DNA from: Podarcis melisellensis
Lineage: Eukaryota
DNA length: 64,000 nt
Assembly: GCA_964234715.1 (NCBI GenBank)
Contig: OZ174280.1
Reading direction: 5' to 3' (one strand)
In this document: positions 14,673 through 28,152 of the stretch, piece after piece
Layout of the letters: each line of letters begins with the position of its first letter
Numbering within the stretch: the stretch's first letter is position 1
Made by a program: the position numbers and the translations under genes
Notes under the pieces: model-generated
Told to the model about the DNA's origin: nothing
Seen by the model: only the letters and a program-made list of their open reading frames with translations
Databases searched by the model: none

Positions 14673-17600
14673 TACTGAGAAAAAATGGAGAGATGTTAAA
14701 ATTAATCTCCTTATGCAATTAATCAAAATTTGGTCAGCCTACGTGTTTGCAAATATTATGCATTAGTATGAGTGTGTGAATATGTATACATATATGCAAT
14801 ATATTCACCATCTCTTTGATAGACATACACACACAGTCCAGTCATGATCTCCTCAACTCTCTCCCCTTCCTGTTCTCTGAAAAACTCCAGCACAATCTGC
14901 CTTACATTCACAGTGGTGCTGCAGTAAAAATACTCTAACTTTGACCCACCAAGTAGACAAACCATTTTACACGCCACAGAGGAAAGCAAAATTCCCTCAG
15001 GACCAGACCAAACTGATCTGATCTCAGATAAACTTCCTTCCTGTGTACAAATATGGCTATCAGACTCTGAATGTGAAAGTAAGCCTGGACTGTTAAGCAT
15101 CCCCAGTGGAAATTTTCAAAGCAGTACAGAAACAATTGTCCAGATCTTCCAATACTGTATTATATTTCTGTTTGCAGTGGTGGCACTGCAAAGGAACATT
15201 GGGAAGTAAGGGGAGAGAGGACGAAGCAGATTCTGTGGGAACAAGCTCTGCGTTGCGTGCCTGAGCTGTTAAGGATATGTGGAAAAAGCTTTCTTTTTTA
15301 TTCTCATTCGGCAACCGCAGTTCTAGCTGCAGTCCCCAAGAGTGCCATCCATGGTTGTCTTGTCAGTGGTAGTGGTGAGGAGCACAAGCAAGTAAGAGAT
15401 AGCTGCCTGCCTTTGCCATGGCTTATCAACAGAATGGCAATAGCCAAGTTTTGGAGTGACTCTATTACTTCCTTCCCCCCCCCCCCTTTTGGCAGATTTA
15501 AATAAAGATGGCAGTCTTACTTATTCACTCTGCTCCAAGCTTCAAATGAAATGTTACCATGCCCTGTTAGCCACCCAGCACAGAGAGAACTGTATTTACA
15601 TAGTGAAGTACCCATATATTTTGTGACTGCAGATTGTATAATAAAATGAGAAACAGCCACACATTGTTCATAAAGGCAAATGAAACGGGAAAACAAACCA
15701 TTAGCCAAAACAGGTGCTAATAGTGCAAATCCTATACATGTCTACTTAGAAGTAACCCCTACTGAGTTCAATAGGACATATTCCTATCAAGTGAGTAGCC
15801 TAAATGATTTCAAGCCTGTTCACTTAATTTGATTTGTGGCCCTCCTTGACATTGTTTCACTGGAATTTATCAGACTCCCAAATTGCCGCTGGCTGGTGTG
15901 CAGCAAAGTGATGGCAGTGGCAGAGTGTTCTTTTTCCAACGGTGAGTGCTGCCATCCCCTTTCCCAAACACTCTCCATAATACATAAAGATGACTGGCCA
16001 CCTTTAAAAGGAACAATATCACTTGCACAAGACTGTCACAACAGCAAAGTCAGCTGTCTTGTATCAACCAATGTTGCAGTGAAACAGAGCTGCCCAAGGT
16101 CAGGTGATGGTAGTTCCTGCATCCTTGAGGGGACATCTTAGGTTTGCAGAAAAACTCCATTTAAAAAGAAACAAACTAAAAAAATGAGAAGATTGAGGAT
16201 TGTTCACAGAACCCTGACAGCATGAGAGCAGAGTGCAGGAACAACGAGTCTCTGTGCTGGGTGGCCACCAGACCTAGAACTAATGCATCACTGAACCCCG
16301 ATTCTCTTTATTTTCCTTTAATTTATTATGGAGCACACCCCATTTGCAGCTTAAAGGGTCTATTGGAAGTGATTAATTTGATTCGGAGGGAAATATTTCC
16401 TCTGATCCAAATTAACTCTTCCCCATATACACTCATACAAAGGACTATTTAAACTATAAAAGCTACATGCCTCCTAACAGGTTGAAGGGTTTGGGAGAGG
16501 GGAAGCTACAGCATTAGACATCCCCTGATGCCAATTTCCTCCTGAACTCTCCTATACAGTCAGGGCAAGCTAACTATTCTACCCCTCAAGTACTGGATTG
16601 GAGAGAGACAGTTGGAGAGAGACTGGATTGGAGAGAGACAGAGACAGCTGTCCAGCTCTGAACTTGGCTAATATTCTACTGTGTGAGGAGTTTCCTCATT
16701 ATTTCTTCCCTCACCCCAGTTCCTTGACGGGCCTGATCTTGTGTCTCATGAAATCAGTCATGGTAATTTGTTTGACTAAACTTGAAGACTCTAGCAGGAT
16801 TTGGACTAGGCTACATGCATTATTTTATCTCCTCCTCTATCTTCCATGGGGAAAATGTATTTATGTATATTTATTAAGTGGGCCTGATGAATAATGTAGC
16901 CAGATATCCCTTATTTCAAAAACCAAAAACACCAAACACGTCTTCTTTTAGTATAGATAAGTTTCTGAGTCACCACTTATTCTATGAGTTCAATTATACT
17001 ATCATTAAAATACGGAATTACAATCTATTTTGGAACAGGGTGGACTTTCATGGACCTTTCTTTAAAATCTGTGTTAATACTTGCAGTCCTTGGAAGAGTA
17101 TGTCCATAGAGTTTGAGGCTATTAAGTATAGCTCTTGCCCTGTCCACAATTGCTCTATCCATACCTCATCTTGTGTACAGATTGTAACCAATTATGTTGT
17201 CTCTCATCCTTGATTGTACTTGCAAAGTCCCTGATTTTCACCATATGTCCGTGAATAACTCATTTAACAGGGAAGAGATCTTTGCTTAGCTATTTTTCTC
17301 AGTTCAGTCTTACAGATCAGGACAAGCAGAAGCTGCAGCAGAAGTTAAAAGAAATCCTGACAGCATAATTTTGGTACATAGAGAAGGAAACCTTGCAGTC
17401 TTTCTGCTATTTTATAAGGAACAAGGAGTCATCTCTTTCCCAATGCTACAACTCCCGTCTCATAAAAACGCCTAGTTTCTTCACTAAAGTTGCCTCCAGA
17501 CTGTCAGTACCTTGTGGGAAGGATTCAATCTCATACTGTAAATTTTTGCAATTAAAATGGATTAAAGTGTTTTGGCGCAACAAATCCACTTTTACAAATG

Positions 17601-20600
17601 TGGACTTTCTGCAGGGAGGAAAGTGAAGAGAACATACACTAAAAAGTGTGGGATAAATGACAGATTAACAGGTAGGTGTGTAACCACCACGTAAGCAAAC
17701 GGGCGAATGCAAGGTGAATGCTCATTGTTGTATAACCTCCCCCAAAACAAATCAGAACAAAGGCTCAATAAAGACTGGAAATCATATAATCTCCATGTAA
17801 GCTTTATGCAAACAATTCAGGATGAATACTCAATAAAAAGGTCATTGGAGGAACCCCAACTACTGCATGACCCCATCTCAATCACATGCTTTTAGGAAAT
17901 CTTCCTTGTTTCAAAAACTCCCTATTCTAGAATGAAAAATAGCCCCATTTGCACGTTAAATTTTATAGGCACTCTGACTTTTTCACATGCTCAGTTCTTC
18001 AAAAGGAGTTTGCAAATTCAGGGGTGCCAACTTGAGTAAAATATGTGGGGAGCAGTTAAACATAATTGATCACAAGATGTAGCACATGTAAAACATTTGA
18101 ATGGCAATGCCCACTTTGAGGGGAGACCCCTCAAATATTTTATGGGGGGGGGGTTGAAAGGACCTCAATCCCTAGGAGTTGGCTTCTATGGTTGTAATAT
18201 ATGCAGAGATCTATACTTCTTTATAATATGGTGCTTCATATTATATGATGGGTGTGACCCTGTCTTTTAAATAGGATGATATGGACTTCCTAAATAATAA
18301 TGCATTTTGGATATTGTATTTAGGAAGCCCTCAGTGGGATCACATCTGTTTATAACAAGCTGGAGTGTGACTCCAGACATGTAATGTAGCCTGTGGTCTC
18401 TATAGTAAATGCCATTTTCAGTGAAAATTAGAAAGGTTTTTCTATGCCCTTGTTGGAGATTTTCAGGCTGGGGGCTTTCCTGCCCCAACTAGGAATGTTG
18501 TTGAGGCAGTTCTCGTCTCCCTAGAGGTGTGGGAACGGAGGAGTGTCACGCAGATCCCACTGACAGATCTGTAATCTTGTTGTCTTCACCAGCAAAAAGG
18601 GTGCGTGACTGTGATCCAGGACTCAGAGCTGTGGAGGGTGATTGCAAAGATGAGAAAAGGAAGGAGAGGCCTTGAGGGCATGAAAAATTTAAAAAGGCCA
18701 CATTATTTCTTAATAAGTTGAACTAAACATTCAGACGCAGACACCACAAACAAATCTTTGTTGGGGGTATCATTTCCCTCCAATAGCGCACATGCAATTT
18801 GTGCCTTCAAAATGACCCATTTTACCATAATGCATGGTTGCTTGGCTACGTTCGCTCTCCTTGTACATTTTCTCAGATGGAAACATGGTTATGTTTGCTT
18901 GGAAGACGCTGCTTTTTCCTGGCTTCCCTTCCCTAAGGGACACACACGGGACAAGAGCAACCTCTTAGCATCAGGCAAAAATTGCAGCTGCTATATGAAA
19001 GTTTATTTTTTTTTTTTTTACCCTGAAGAGCAGCCATGAAAACATGACTCCACTTTAATGGTAAGACAGTGGTGGGGAAGGAGAAAAGATAGAATGCAAG
19101 AGTTTGTTTATTTACTTATGCTATTTATATACTGCTTAGTTACTGTAGTTTTTAAGCCATGTTTAAAAATTAATCCAAGACCCCAGAAAACCTATTTAAA
19201 ATGCCTGCCTAAATAGAAAGTTCTTTGTCAAGTGCCTCAAGTTCAGCAAGGAGGGGGCATGTCTAATCTCAGCTGGGGGGGGCCAGAATTGGGTCCACCA
19301 TGCTGAATGTAGGGTTTCTGCTGGATACAAGCTATGTATCTGAGCTATGGAGGACCACTAACAGAGACACCCCAGGGCAAATGTGCCCTAATGCTAAAGA
19401 AAAGTAAGCAAATACTGGGTGCCTTTTCTTTACCAATGAGGCGCTACAACCAGCCTCTACTCATTTGGGAATGGAGGGATGCACTACAATCTGCAGGAAG
19501 ACTTGAGCACCAGCACTTTTAATTTGAAAACTCAAACAGAAAAATTTCATTAGAAACTTTGCAAACTTGTTATTAGTTGTTCGATTAAAATCCACATTTC
19601 CTACAAAGAAAAATTGCTCATTACAGGATGAAATCCACTGAGCAGTTATTTCTTTTTGTCTCCACCCCCCCTGCACATTTTCAGTTTATCCCTTGACTTT
19701 TCTAAAACATAAAATAAAATGTAGGAATTACACAGAAGCAGGTTGCATTTAGCTAGGTGTGACAAGCTTTCCTACACAGCTGTTTTAAAATATATGGTGT
19801 GTTTCCATTCAGTTTTTTCCTCCTTGCTCTTATTCTACTATAGAAGTGATAATATATCCCAAAGACAACCTCAAATCTTATATAAATTGGATGATGGTGT
19901 GGAAAGAGAATGACAGCTTCTCTTTTCTCTTCCTCTAAGGACCTGAAACATGTTAGAAGGGCAGGGGGCATATAGGAATAGGGTTTCTCATCAAATCAGT
20001 CACTGTTATCAGTGCAAGAATCATAGTTAAGCTGATTACATTTAGACCCCAGAACCTGTTTCTAAGATCACATGAAGGGTTTGTAAATTCTGCTACTGAA
20101 TTAACCACAGCCAGTCCTCACATGTTTGGGACCCAGGTTTTCAGATTGCAGGGTGCTGCTTTCATACAGACTTGAAACCTTGCATTTTAGAAACTGGACA
20201 CTATCCAGAATGGTTCAGAAGACAGAACGCTAGATTTAAATCTAGGCGATGCAAGCTCAAGTTCGAGATTCATTTGACCCTCTCATATTAAATTGGTAAT
20301 GATACACACACATGGTAGCTCTTCCTATTGCAGCCACCAGCTCAACTCCCTAGCTCCTGGCACTTCCATGAGCATGGCAGATGACCCACCTGAACTATTT
20401 GCCATCAGCAGAGATCCTTCAAAATGTGGACTGGGTTCAGCTTGTGATAAACTATTCAGATGACCAATTCTCATCCTGGGCTACCAGATGGCTACTGGAA
20501 GAGCGAATGAGTGCATGTGATTAAGAGAAGCTCACCTTGCTGGCACTTCCAGTAAGAAGGGCTACCTCCTGCTTTTAGACCTAGGGTTTTAGAGGATTAT

Positions 20601-21599
20601 GAAACCACAAAAAAGTTAGCTTTGGCTCTACACTGCACTGAGTGATCATGAGATGTTTATTGTCTAGCGGGTAAAGGCAAGGTAAATACTGCAGCACTGA
20701 TTAATGGACCAACATACCAGTGCAACATTTAATAACAACAGTTTCTAGGCCAAGAACCTGCCATAAAATGAAAACCTGAATTGTTCCTATGCAAATCACA
20801 GTGACTAGGTTAACACATAATTCTCCCCCTCCCCCTTTGAAACAGTAAGAGCTTTGTAAAAGCTGCCAGCTCCTGAAGAAGCAACTTTTATTACCCAGAT
20901 CTCCCAAACTCTTACCTTTCCTAGTCAAACAGAAATCCAAACAATACACGTTTTGCATTGATAGCACCTTGGAGGCAAGCAACCTGTGCTTTCTAGGGTT
21001 AATTTAACTACACAGGTTGTGTTTTTTTAAAATAACAATGGGGAAGGATGGGAGATGACAAAAGGCACATGGGATGGAGGTGATGACTACTAAATTGCAA
21101 AACTAAAGAGGTGCTTTTTTCTAGAAACAGGTGCTGGTACTCGCCATGAAGTCGTTACAGTAAGTGCCACACTTTTTAACAACAAAAGAGGTGCCAGTAC
21201 TGCATACCCCTGAGTACCCCCTGGGGCACATGTGTGCACAGTGAGGAACACAGGCATGCCTTTAAGTGCACACTTCCATGTAGTATGTGCACATGTGCAA
21301 CAGCCTTCTAAAATTACACAAACTACAGTAAAATCCAAGCTTTCAAGCCAAAGCAAGAATCACAATATCCTTACTGATTTCAGCAGAACTGTACTGTATA
21401 TTAATCAATGGAAATAGTAACAAGGTCAGAAGGTTGTTTCCATCCACCATTCTGAATTGTAAAAGACAGACTTCGCCTCCTTGGCTTGCTTGAGAGCTTC
21501 CCACAGTATTTGGATATCCTTTGTCAGACACAAAATTCTGAGATAGATGGAGATTTGGTTTAGCCATGTGCATTGGTTTAACCCTGAAGAACAGCAAGT

Positions 21600-22940
21600 A
21601 AGGCTATTGTCCTGAACATGCCAACTTGCACAAATTCTGTGTTTCTATGACATATGAAACATTTTCCTGCATCATCTTGAATCACCTGAAAATGAGGTCA
21701 TCTGTGGGCTGATTTCATGCAGCATGCATTCAATAACCATGTGCCGTGTGTGTGTCATAATTGGCAACGTAGTGCCAGTGGAAGAGTGTGTGCAATCTCG
21801 TCTTCATATCTGTGGAGAAACTTCCCCACATCGCTCAAAATGTCATTGCTACATCCATGAATTATTGGGCCTGTATGAAAGCATCCTTAGTTCTCCAACA
21901 CCTTTGTTTGTATAGTAGCATGGCATTGGGCAATTCTTTTGACATTGTTGAAATAGGCAGTCAACATGAATTATGGGTGGCGAAGCCTGGCCTTAAAAGA
22001 CTTCTGTCTGTCCTGGGCAGAGATTCAGCTTTATTATTTTGGTAAGGTGTCACTACACATCTCTGCAGCGTTACATAAAGTAAAACAATTATCAGCCAGG
22101 AAGTGCTATGTTTTCATTTGTGGTTTCTTGTGATGAGGAGGCGATGAGGCAGTGCGGGGATGCAGGAAAACTGGTCCACATGCCAGGAAAGGCAGGAGAA
22201 GTGACAATCACCATGCACAACAGTGGTGGGATTGTTTGACGGGATAGAGAAGAACTTGCAATTCCTGGAGGCGTAGAAAGACAAGGGCTAGGAAACAGGT
22301 TGCAGCAAGTCCCCTGGGAGAGTCATTTTAGCTGGAAGGAAAAGGTTTTTACAAAGGCACTGGAATAGTAGCATGAGAATGAACTGATGGTTTTCAAGTG
22401 ACAACAACTAAAAAGCCCACTTTCACTTTGGATGGATAAGCAATCTACAGCAGCATCAGTAGATTACTTAGAGAGGATTTTAAATACAACAGTAGACTAT
22501 TTCAAGCCTGTGGCATGCTCCACCTCAAATCAAAAACTCTTTAAATTTTAGATGTTGAGCCAATCATGGAAAAATAATTTTTAATATATAAATAAAATTG
22601 ACTGGAGTAATGAATTGCACAGACTGAACCAAGATTCAAAATGAGGGTTCTGCTTGGATTTTAACTAGAACTTCTACCCGTGAAAAGATATGCATTAGCT
22701 TACTGCATAAAAGTTTTTTATTCATTATCTTACCGATAAAGTTTCTAAGGAGGCGCATGCTTTGAATGCAAAAGGTCCCAGGTTCAATACTTGGCACCTC
22801 CAGTAAAAAGATCAGGTAACAGGTGATGTGAAATACCTTTCTTTGCCTAAGACTTGAGAGTTGCTATCAGTTTGAGTAGACAATACTAGGTTGAATAGCC
22901 TAATATTCTGACCTAACTGGTATAAGGCAGCTGCTGCTGA
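21600..22940 (+). repeat. Left arm of ~1.3-kb inverted duplication
   Basis: Reverse complement of about 39560-40900; 22218-22299 matches 40197-40278 at 80/82 nt. Outer boundaries are approximate. Confidence 0.9.
22750..22935 (+). mobile_element. Squam3-like SINE inside left inverted arm (counterpart at about 39560-39760, minus)
   Basis: gcatgctttgaatgcaaaaggtcccaggttcaatacttggcacctccag...tataaggcagct. Confidence 0.7.
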
Positions 22941-23196
22941 TGTCCATCATTATACATCTCTTGACTAGGCACTATGAACAAAAATATATTGTTTGCAATG
23001 TCTATTTAACCAAAACTTACTATTTGTAGAAAGTATTAAAACTATCACCTTATTAAGACACCATAATATTAATTTTAAGTGGTTAAGCACTATAATACTT
23101 GGTTAAAAGAAAGTGGTCTTTCATCAAATGGACAGTTCTATGAGTGCTACACTTGCAATAAAAGCAATGTCATCATCACCATCACTTTGTTTGCTG

Positions 23197-23197
<1 letters not shown>

Positions 23198-23248
<51 letters not shown>
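23198..23248. repeat. (TC)n microsatellite
   Basis: Direct read. Confidence 0.95.
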
Positions 23249-23251
<3 letters not shown>

Positions 23252-24654
23252 ACAGCTTACAATAATGAGAACAAGACACCAAAAAACAAAAACCATCTCT
23301 AGATAACCATCCTATTAGAAAACAGCAAGTGATCTTGAAAGCGAGAATAGGTTAAGATAGTAAATTACCCTTGCCTGCTTTCCTTTTCGGACTTTTCCTG
23401 AAACACAAACCTACCCACTGCCTTTATCCTCACTCGAAACAACACTTTTTAAAGCGCTTATCCAGCTAGTAACGTTTTTAACATGCTAGAGTTGAACTTT
23501 CCAAATCACTTGACCACTAGAAAACCAATATTCACCAAATATCACTAAAAAAACATGTTTGGGCCTGAATCTTTAAAGCCTGGACCTATGTCTAGAAACA
23601 CAGCACAAAAGGAAGTGTGGATGAGTCCTACGACTTAAGGCCTGGCTCAGGTCATAACTGAACTGACCTGAACAGCCGAGAGAAGGGGGGTGGGGGGAAG
23701 GGAACAGGGATCTCTGCAGACCAATGGTTGTGATGCTGCCACACTGAACATAATGCCTGTAATCCATTGCTGATATTCCAGGAGGACTGTATCCTCTACT
23801 GCAGTCCATGAATTCTTAGGGTTTCTTGTCTACATCTGCTGTTCTTGTGCAAAATAACATACAACATTGAACTGGCATATGTATTTGATGTGATTGGTGC
23901 AGTTTGAATCTGTCTCCCCCCCCCCTTTAAAATGTGTGCTAATTAATTTGCACCACTGATTCTGTGCACTTATTCAGCTAGAAACCTTGCTGGTTTGCCT
24001 CCCAGCAGCTAGTCCACTGTCTCAGAAATCAGCTACTTTAGCCTCCTGGATCAAGGCCCATTTCTTTTTGAGCACAAAACGTAAGAGAGATGGATGCAAT
24101 TAGGACAATCCAGCATTTCAGTAAGAATCAAAACCCTCAGCATGGAAATCTGGGAGGAGAACATATCTATGAAAAATGCACCATTATTATGTCAGACCAG
24201 CAAAAAAAGGAAAAGAGGTAAAATGGCACAAAATTTGACAGGTGCATTGAGATGGATACAGCCATATAATGTCTGAGGGGAACAGAATGAAACTGTTGGA
24301 ATCTCTATTAGGGCACATAGATCCCAAGCACGCCCACTTCTATTATTTCATCCATCATTGGTGAAAAACAGTTAACAAGCAACCAACAGCTAAGCAGGCT
24401 AACTTCTTAGCCAATCATCTGGGGAGACCTCTGCAATCCAAAGCCTTCAACATGTGATGACTATGGTTATAGGACATCTAGAGGTCTGACATTCTTCGGT
24501 GTTGCATATTAAAGGAGGGTATGAGGGATCTCCTCATTCCTGTGCTGGATGTCTACTCACTGTAAAAGCTCAAGCCCTAGAAGTTAAAAGCATGCATAAC
24601 CTGCAAAGCATTCAGCCAACAGCAATAGTTGGGAGGTGCCAACTATTGTTGTAG

Positions 24655-24745
24655 TTTAATCTGTGAAGCTAAACATCTTGAAAGCTGGCCAGCACTTGGA
24701 TGGGAGGTCCTCTGGAAGTCTCATGTTAACCGCCTTGGGGTGCCT
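24655..24745 (+). mobile_element. Degenerate 5S rRNA-derived SINE head
   Basis: tctgtgaagctaaac...agcacttggatgggagg resembles the 5S internal promoter segment (agctaagcagg...gtacttggatgggagacc). A weaker second remnant lies at about 24388-24432. Confidence 0.5.
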
Positions 24746-25358
24746 TGCAAAATCAGTAGGGTAGCAATGTAATAAAGATGCATGTGAGTCAGGACCCCAG
24801 TCACCAGGTCACAGCCTTCACGGCAGCAACTAAAAAATGCTAATATAATATGTGTAGCAGGGAAAATATACATTAATTAACTAGATTAATGTTTGGCAAC
24901 TCCAGACTTAATCCAGCTAATGAGGGTGTTAATGTCAGTGCTAGCACTAGAGTTAATTCCTCTGGAGCAGCTCAGATCAAAGTTTTCTTTGTTTCATAGA
25001 GGGATCAAGCAAAAGAAAGGGACAGGCAGCTTTTTGCTTGAAGCAAATGTCCCCAAAGCTGGTTGAGCAGATCTTTTAACCAGGTCTTATAATGAGTTTC
25101 CTGTGAGACCTCAGAGAAGTGGCTTCTTTGACCTCAGCACCCAAGTGGAGATACTGCTGCTTTCCAATCATGGCTGAAATCAGATTAGTTTATGCAGAAA
25201 TTATACAAGGGCAGAGAGAAAGTTTGGAAGTCTATTTATTGTTTTAAAATGGCTGTACGTACAGTTTTTTGAAAGTTAATTTTGGAAAGGTAACATGCAG
25301 ATGTTTCAAATATGTGCACATTCCACATATGGATTGATTAGCATGTACTTAGCTCACA

Positions 25359-25725
25359 GTAGCGCGGGTGGCGCTGTGGGTAAAACCTCAGTGCCTAGGA
25401 CTTGCCGATCGTATGGTCGGCGGTTCGAATCCCCGCGGCGGGGTGAGCTCCTGTCTTTCGGACCCAGCTCTTGCCCACCTAGCAGTTCGAAAGCACACTT
25501 AAGTGCAAGTAGATAAATAGGTACCGCTTTATAGCGGGAAGGTAAATGGCGTTTCCGTGTGCTGCGCTGGTGCTGGCTTGCCAGAGCAGCTTCGTCACAC
25601 TGGCCACGTGACCCGGAAGTGTCTCTGGACAGCGCTGGCCCCCGGCCTCTTAAGTGAGATGGGCGCACAACCCTAGAGTCGGACACGACTGGCCCGTACG
25701 GGCAGGGGTACCTTTACCTTTACCT
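25359..25725 (+). mobile_element. Sauria SINE (Squam1), full length, young
   Basis: tRNA-like head (gtggcgctgtgggt ... ggttcgaatccc), 3' gagtcggacacgact and (acctttt/acctt)-type tail, 13-bp TSD tacttagctcaca at 25346-25358 and 25726-25738. CpGs retained. Confidence 0.93.
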
Positions 25726-25773
25726 TACTTAGCTCACAAGTTGCAAGTGTTATCTAGCAACAAGTAGCCAATA

Positions 25774-25988
25774 CAGTGGTACCTCAGGTTACAGACGCTT
25801 CAGGTTACAGACTCTGCTAACCCAGAAATAGTACCTCGGGTTAAGAACTTTGCTTCAGGATGAGAACAGAAATCGCGCGGTGGCAGTGGGAGCCCCCATT
25901 AGCTAAAGTGGTACCTTAGGTTAAGAACAGTTTCAGGTTAAGAACGGACCTCCAGAACAAATTAAGTTCTTAACCCGAGGTACCACTG
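25774..25988 (+). mobile_element. Tc1/mariner (Tigger-like) MITE, copy 1
   Basis: TIR cagtggtacctc...gaggtaccactg flanked by TA on both sides. Confidence 0.88.
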
Positions 25989-26724
25989 TATTCTGCTATG
26001 TCAGAGGGTACCCAAGCTGGCAAAGCTGTCTACATTCTGGCTACCATTAGTTTACCTGCTCTGAAGTCAGAGATGGCTTGGGCAGCCATAAGCTCGGAGC
26101 TGAACACTAAAGGTTGACTTTGAAAAGCTTAAAATTTGAACTACAAGGCCAATAAGCAAGTTTTGGTAAATCAGATTGCATAAGTATATTCTACCTGACA
26201 TGAACTTCCAAATGACATATTGGCAGTGCAAAGTGACAAAGTGATTTCATAACTGTTCAGTGGAAATATCACTTTGGATACATGATAAAAGTACACGGAC
26301 ACAGATATTCTTCTACTTTATGCAGAAACTCCAAACCTCCCAGCAGTGTGAGCTGAATACAACATGCAAATTCATTTAGATTTATATGTCCAGTATATGT
26401 GTTGTGTGAAAAATATATTTATTTATATCCTACTCTTCCTCTGGGGGAAATCAGAGCAATTATGTAGTTTTTCTATCAACTACGGTATATCCAGTTTACC
26501 CCACAGTCAAAACAGTGGGAGAAGACATGCATTATAATACACTACTTAAGATGGTAGCAGCTTCTTAAAATGGAGGTTCAAAGAATCAGGGCCAGTAAAG
26601 GAAGAGTCTTATTTGTATTTCTTCCTCAGAAAGATTTTCTCTCTTAGCTATTGATTATGTATTATGTATTTCCTTTTTTGAAAGCCACCTTATGAGAGCT
26701 TGCCCATAAAAATATTATGTAAGT

Positions 26725-27001
26725 GTTAAGATGTCAAGGGTAAGAACTAGAGAATTACAGCTGTAACTAATAAGTTTAAGGAAAATTAATGGAAGGGAAC
26801 TAGTAGATAAACTGACTAATGGGTTGCTAAAGAACTGTAAAACAAGGATGCAGCGAAAGGGAGGTATGGGGAAGTCGAAGGAAAGAAGGTGCATGAAAAT
26901 AACATTATGATTTAAATATTTTGTATGTATTTGTTTTTTCTGTTTTGTTTGTGTGTTTTTATTATGTGTTTAAAAAATGAATAAAAATTATTTTTTTTAA
27001 A
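26725..27001 (+). mobile_element. 5'-truncated L1-type retroposon 3' end
   Basis: T-rich 3' UTR, AATAAA, A-rich tail and 17-bp TSD aaaaatattatgtaagt at 26708-26724 and 27002-27018. Confidence 0.75.
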
Positions 27002-27311
27002 AAAAATATTATGTAAGTAAATACTCTTTTTAAAAATGGTATTTCATAGCCATTTGCACCTTATTCTTCTCCCAGAAAAAAAGGCTATTGGTGAGTAAGA
27101 ATACAGGAATGGCAGGAAATTTCCAAGCAAGGCCTCTCTACCACCAGCTCTTTCTGCTGTTTCCTTTCGTGGACATACCCTGGTGAGGAGAGAGGATGCA
27201 TGGCAACAGGGAGGTATCAAGGCAATGACGTCAAACCTTAGACCTGGAGGCTCCCATTGTTGCCTGGAAACATGAGAAATAGATTGAACTAGATCTGATT
27301 TTCCATGATTC

Positions 27312-28152
27312 TGTCATGTCCAAGCCAGGGCTGAGCCAGCATGACCCCCTTAGATGAAGACCTCACTGACATGATGCATGATGTCTTTATGGAGCCTCCT
27401 GACCCCAGCGCTACGCTGGACACCTGCAGCATCTCTGGAGAAGTGATGCCAGGCCTACCTGCAGCAGAGGACCTGACGCGACCCATGAATGAGGTTCCTG
27501 CTTTGCCTATGGAATCAGAGAGGGAAGGTGAACCAACTCTCAGCCCCAGGGAATGCTGGCATCAGATACTGCAAGCACAGGCAGACACCTGTTGAGAGTT
27601 TGCATGCTTCCATGCCCAGAGATGCTAGGCTCCTCTGGAATAAGGGGCCTCCTTTGGAGTAAGGGAACCTTGAAAGCTGAGATAAACATTTGCAGCATGG
27701 GCTGCTTCTGAGTGCCCTGATATCTCCCTGCTGCTGCTTAGAGAGTTTTCTTTTTTGATTAAGTGGTTTATACATTTTGTTAAATACAAATAAATGCTGT
27801 AACCCTCTGGAGTTTGGCTAGCTCTTGTCCTGGGGCCTAGACTCCCTCTCACCTCCAGCTCAAGGGTCAAGCCAGGACCAGACCAAGGCAGGACAAGTTT
27901 CCTAGTGGCACTGGGAATGTTCAGAGTTTAAACCTGAGACCTCTGATGCTGTGATGCCTCCCAGTGTTGACCACCCATCCTCCTAGCAAGACTAGGTTTG
28001 GGAATGGGAAGTATGATAGCAGGAAGATTTGGCTCTGATTCAAGCCCATGACTAATTGGACCCAGTCCTCAGAGGACCCCAGGCTTAATTTGTAATATGC
28101 CTGAGGGAAGGGGTCAAATCCTTGTATTCCCTTTACAAATCCTCCAGTAACA
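27312..28152 (+). mobile_element. Probable Gypsy-type solo LTR
   Basis: tgtca...gtaaca ends, GC-richer than flanks, LTR-like composition; TSD not recognisable. Confidence 0.45.

Noticed and set aside
16593-16650. Short tandem duplications (also about 43340-43410, 52921-52956 and 61510-61680)
   Set aside because: Ordinary slippage-type duplications with no regular repeat-spacer structure; not CRISPR-like.
14900-20580. Good minus-strand donors at about 14.9, 15.5 and 20.5 kb
   Set aside because: No stop-free phase-1 ATG upstream; kept only as negative controls for the first-exon hypothesis.
24655-24745. 5S rRNA-like sequence
   Set aside because: Too degenerate and partial to be a gene; treated as a SINE remnant.
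25361-25440. tRNA-like A/B boxes
   Set aside because: This is the head of the Sauria SINE, not a tRNA gene.
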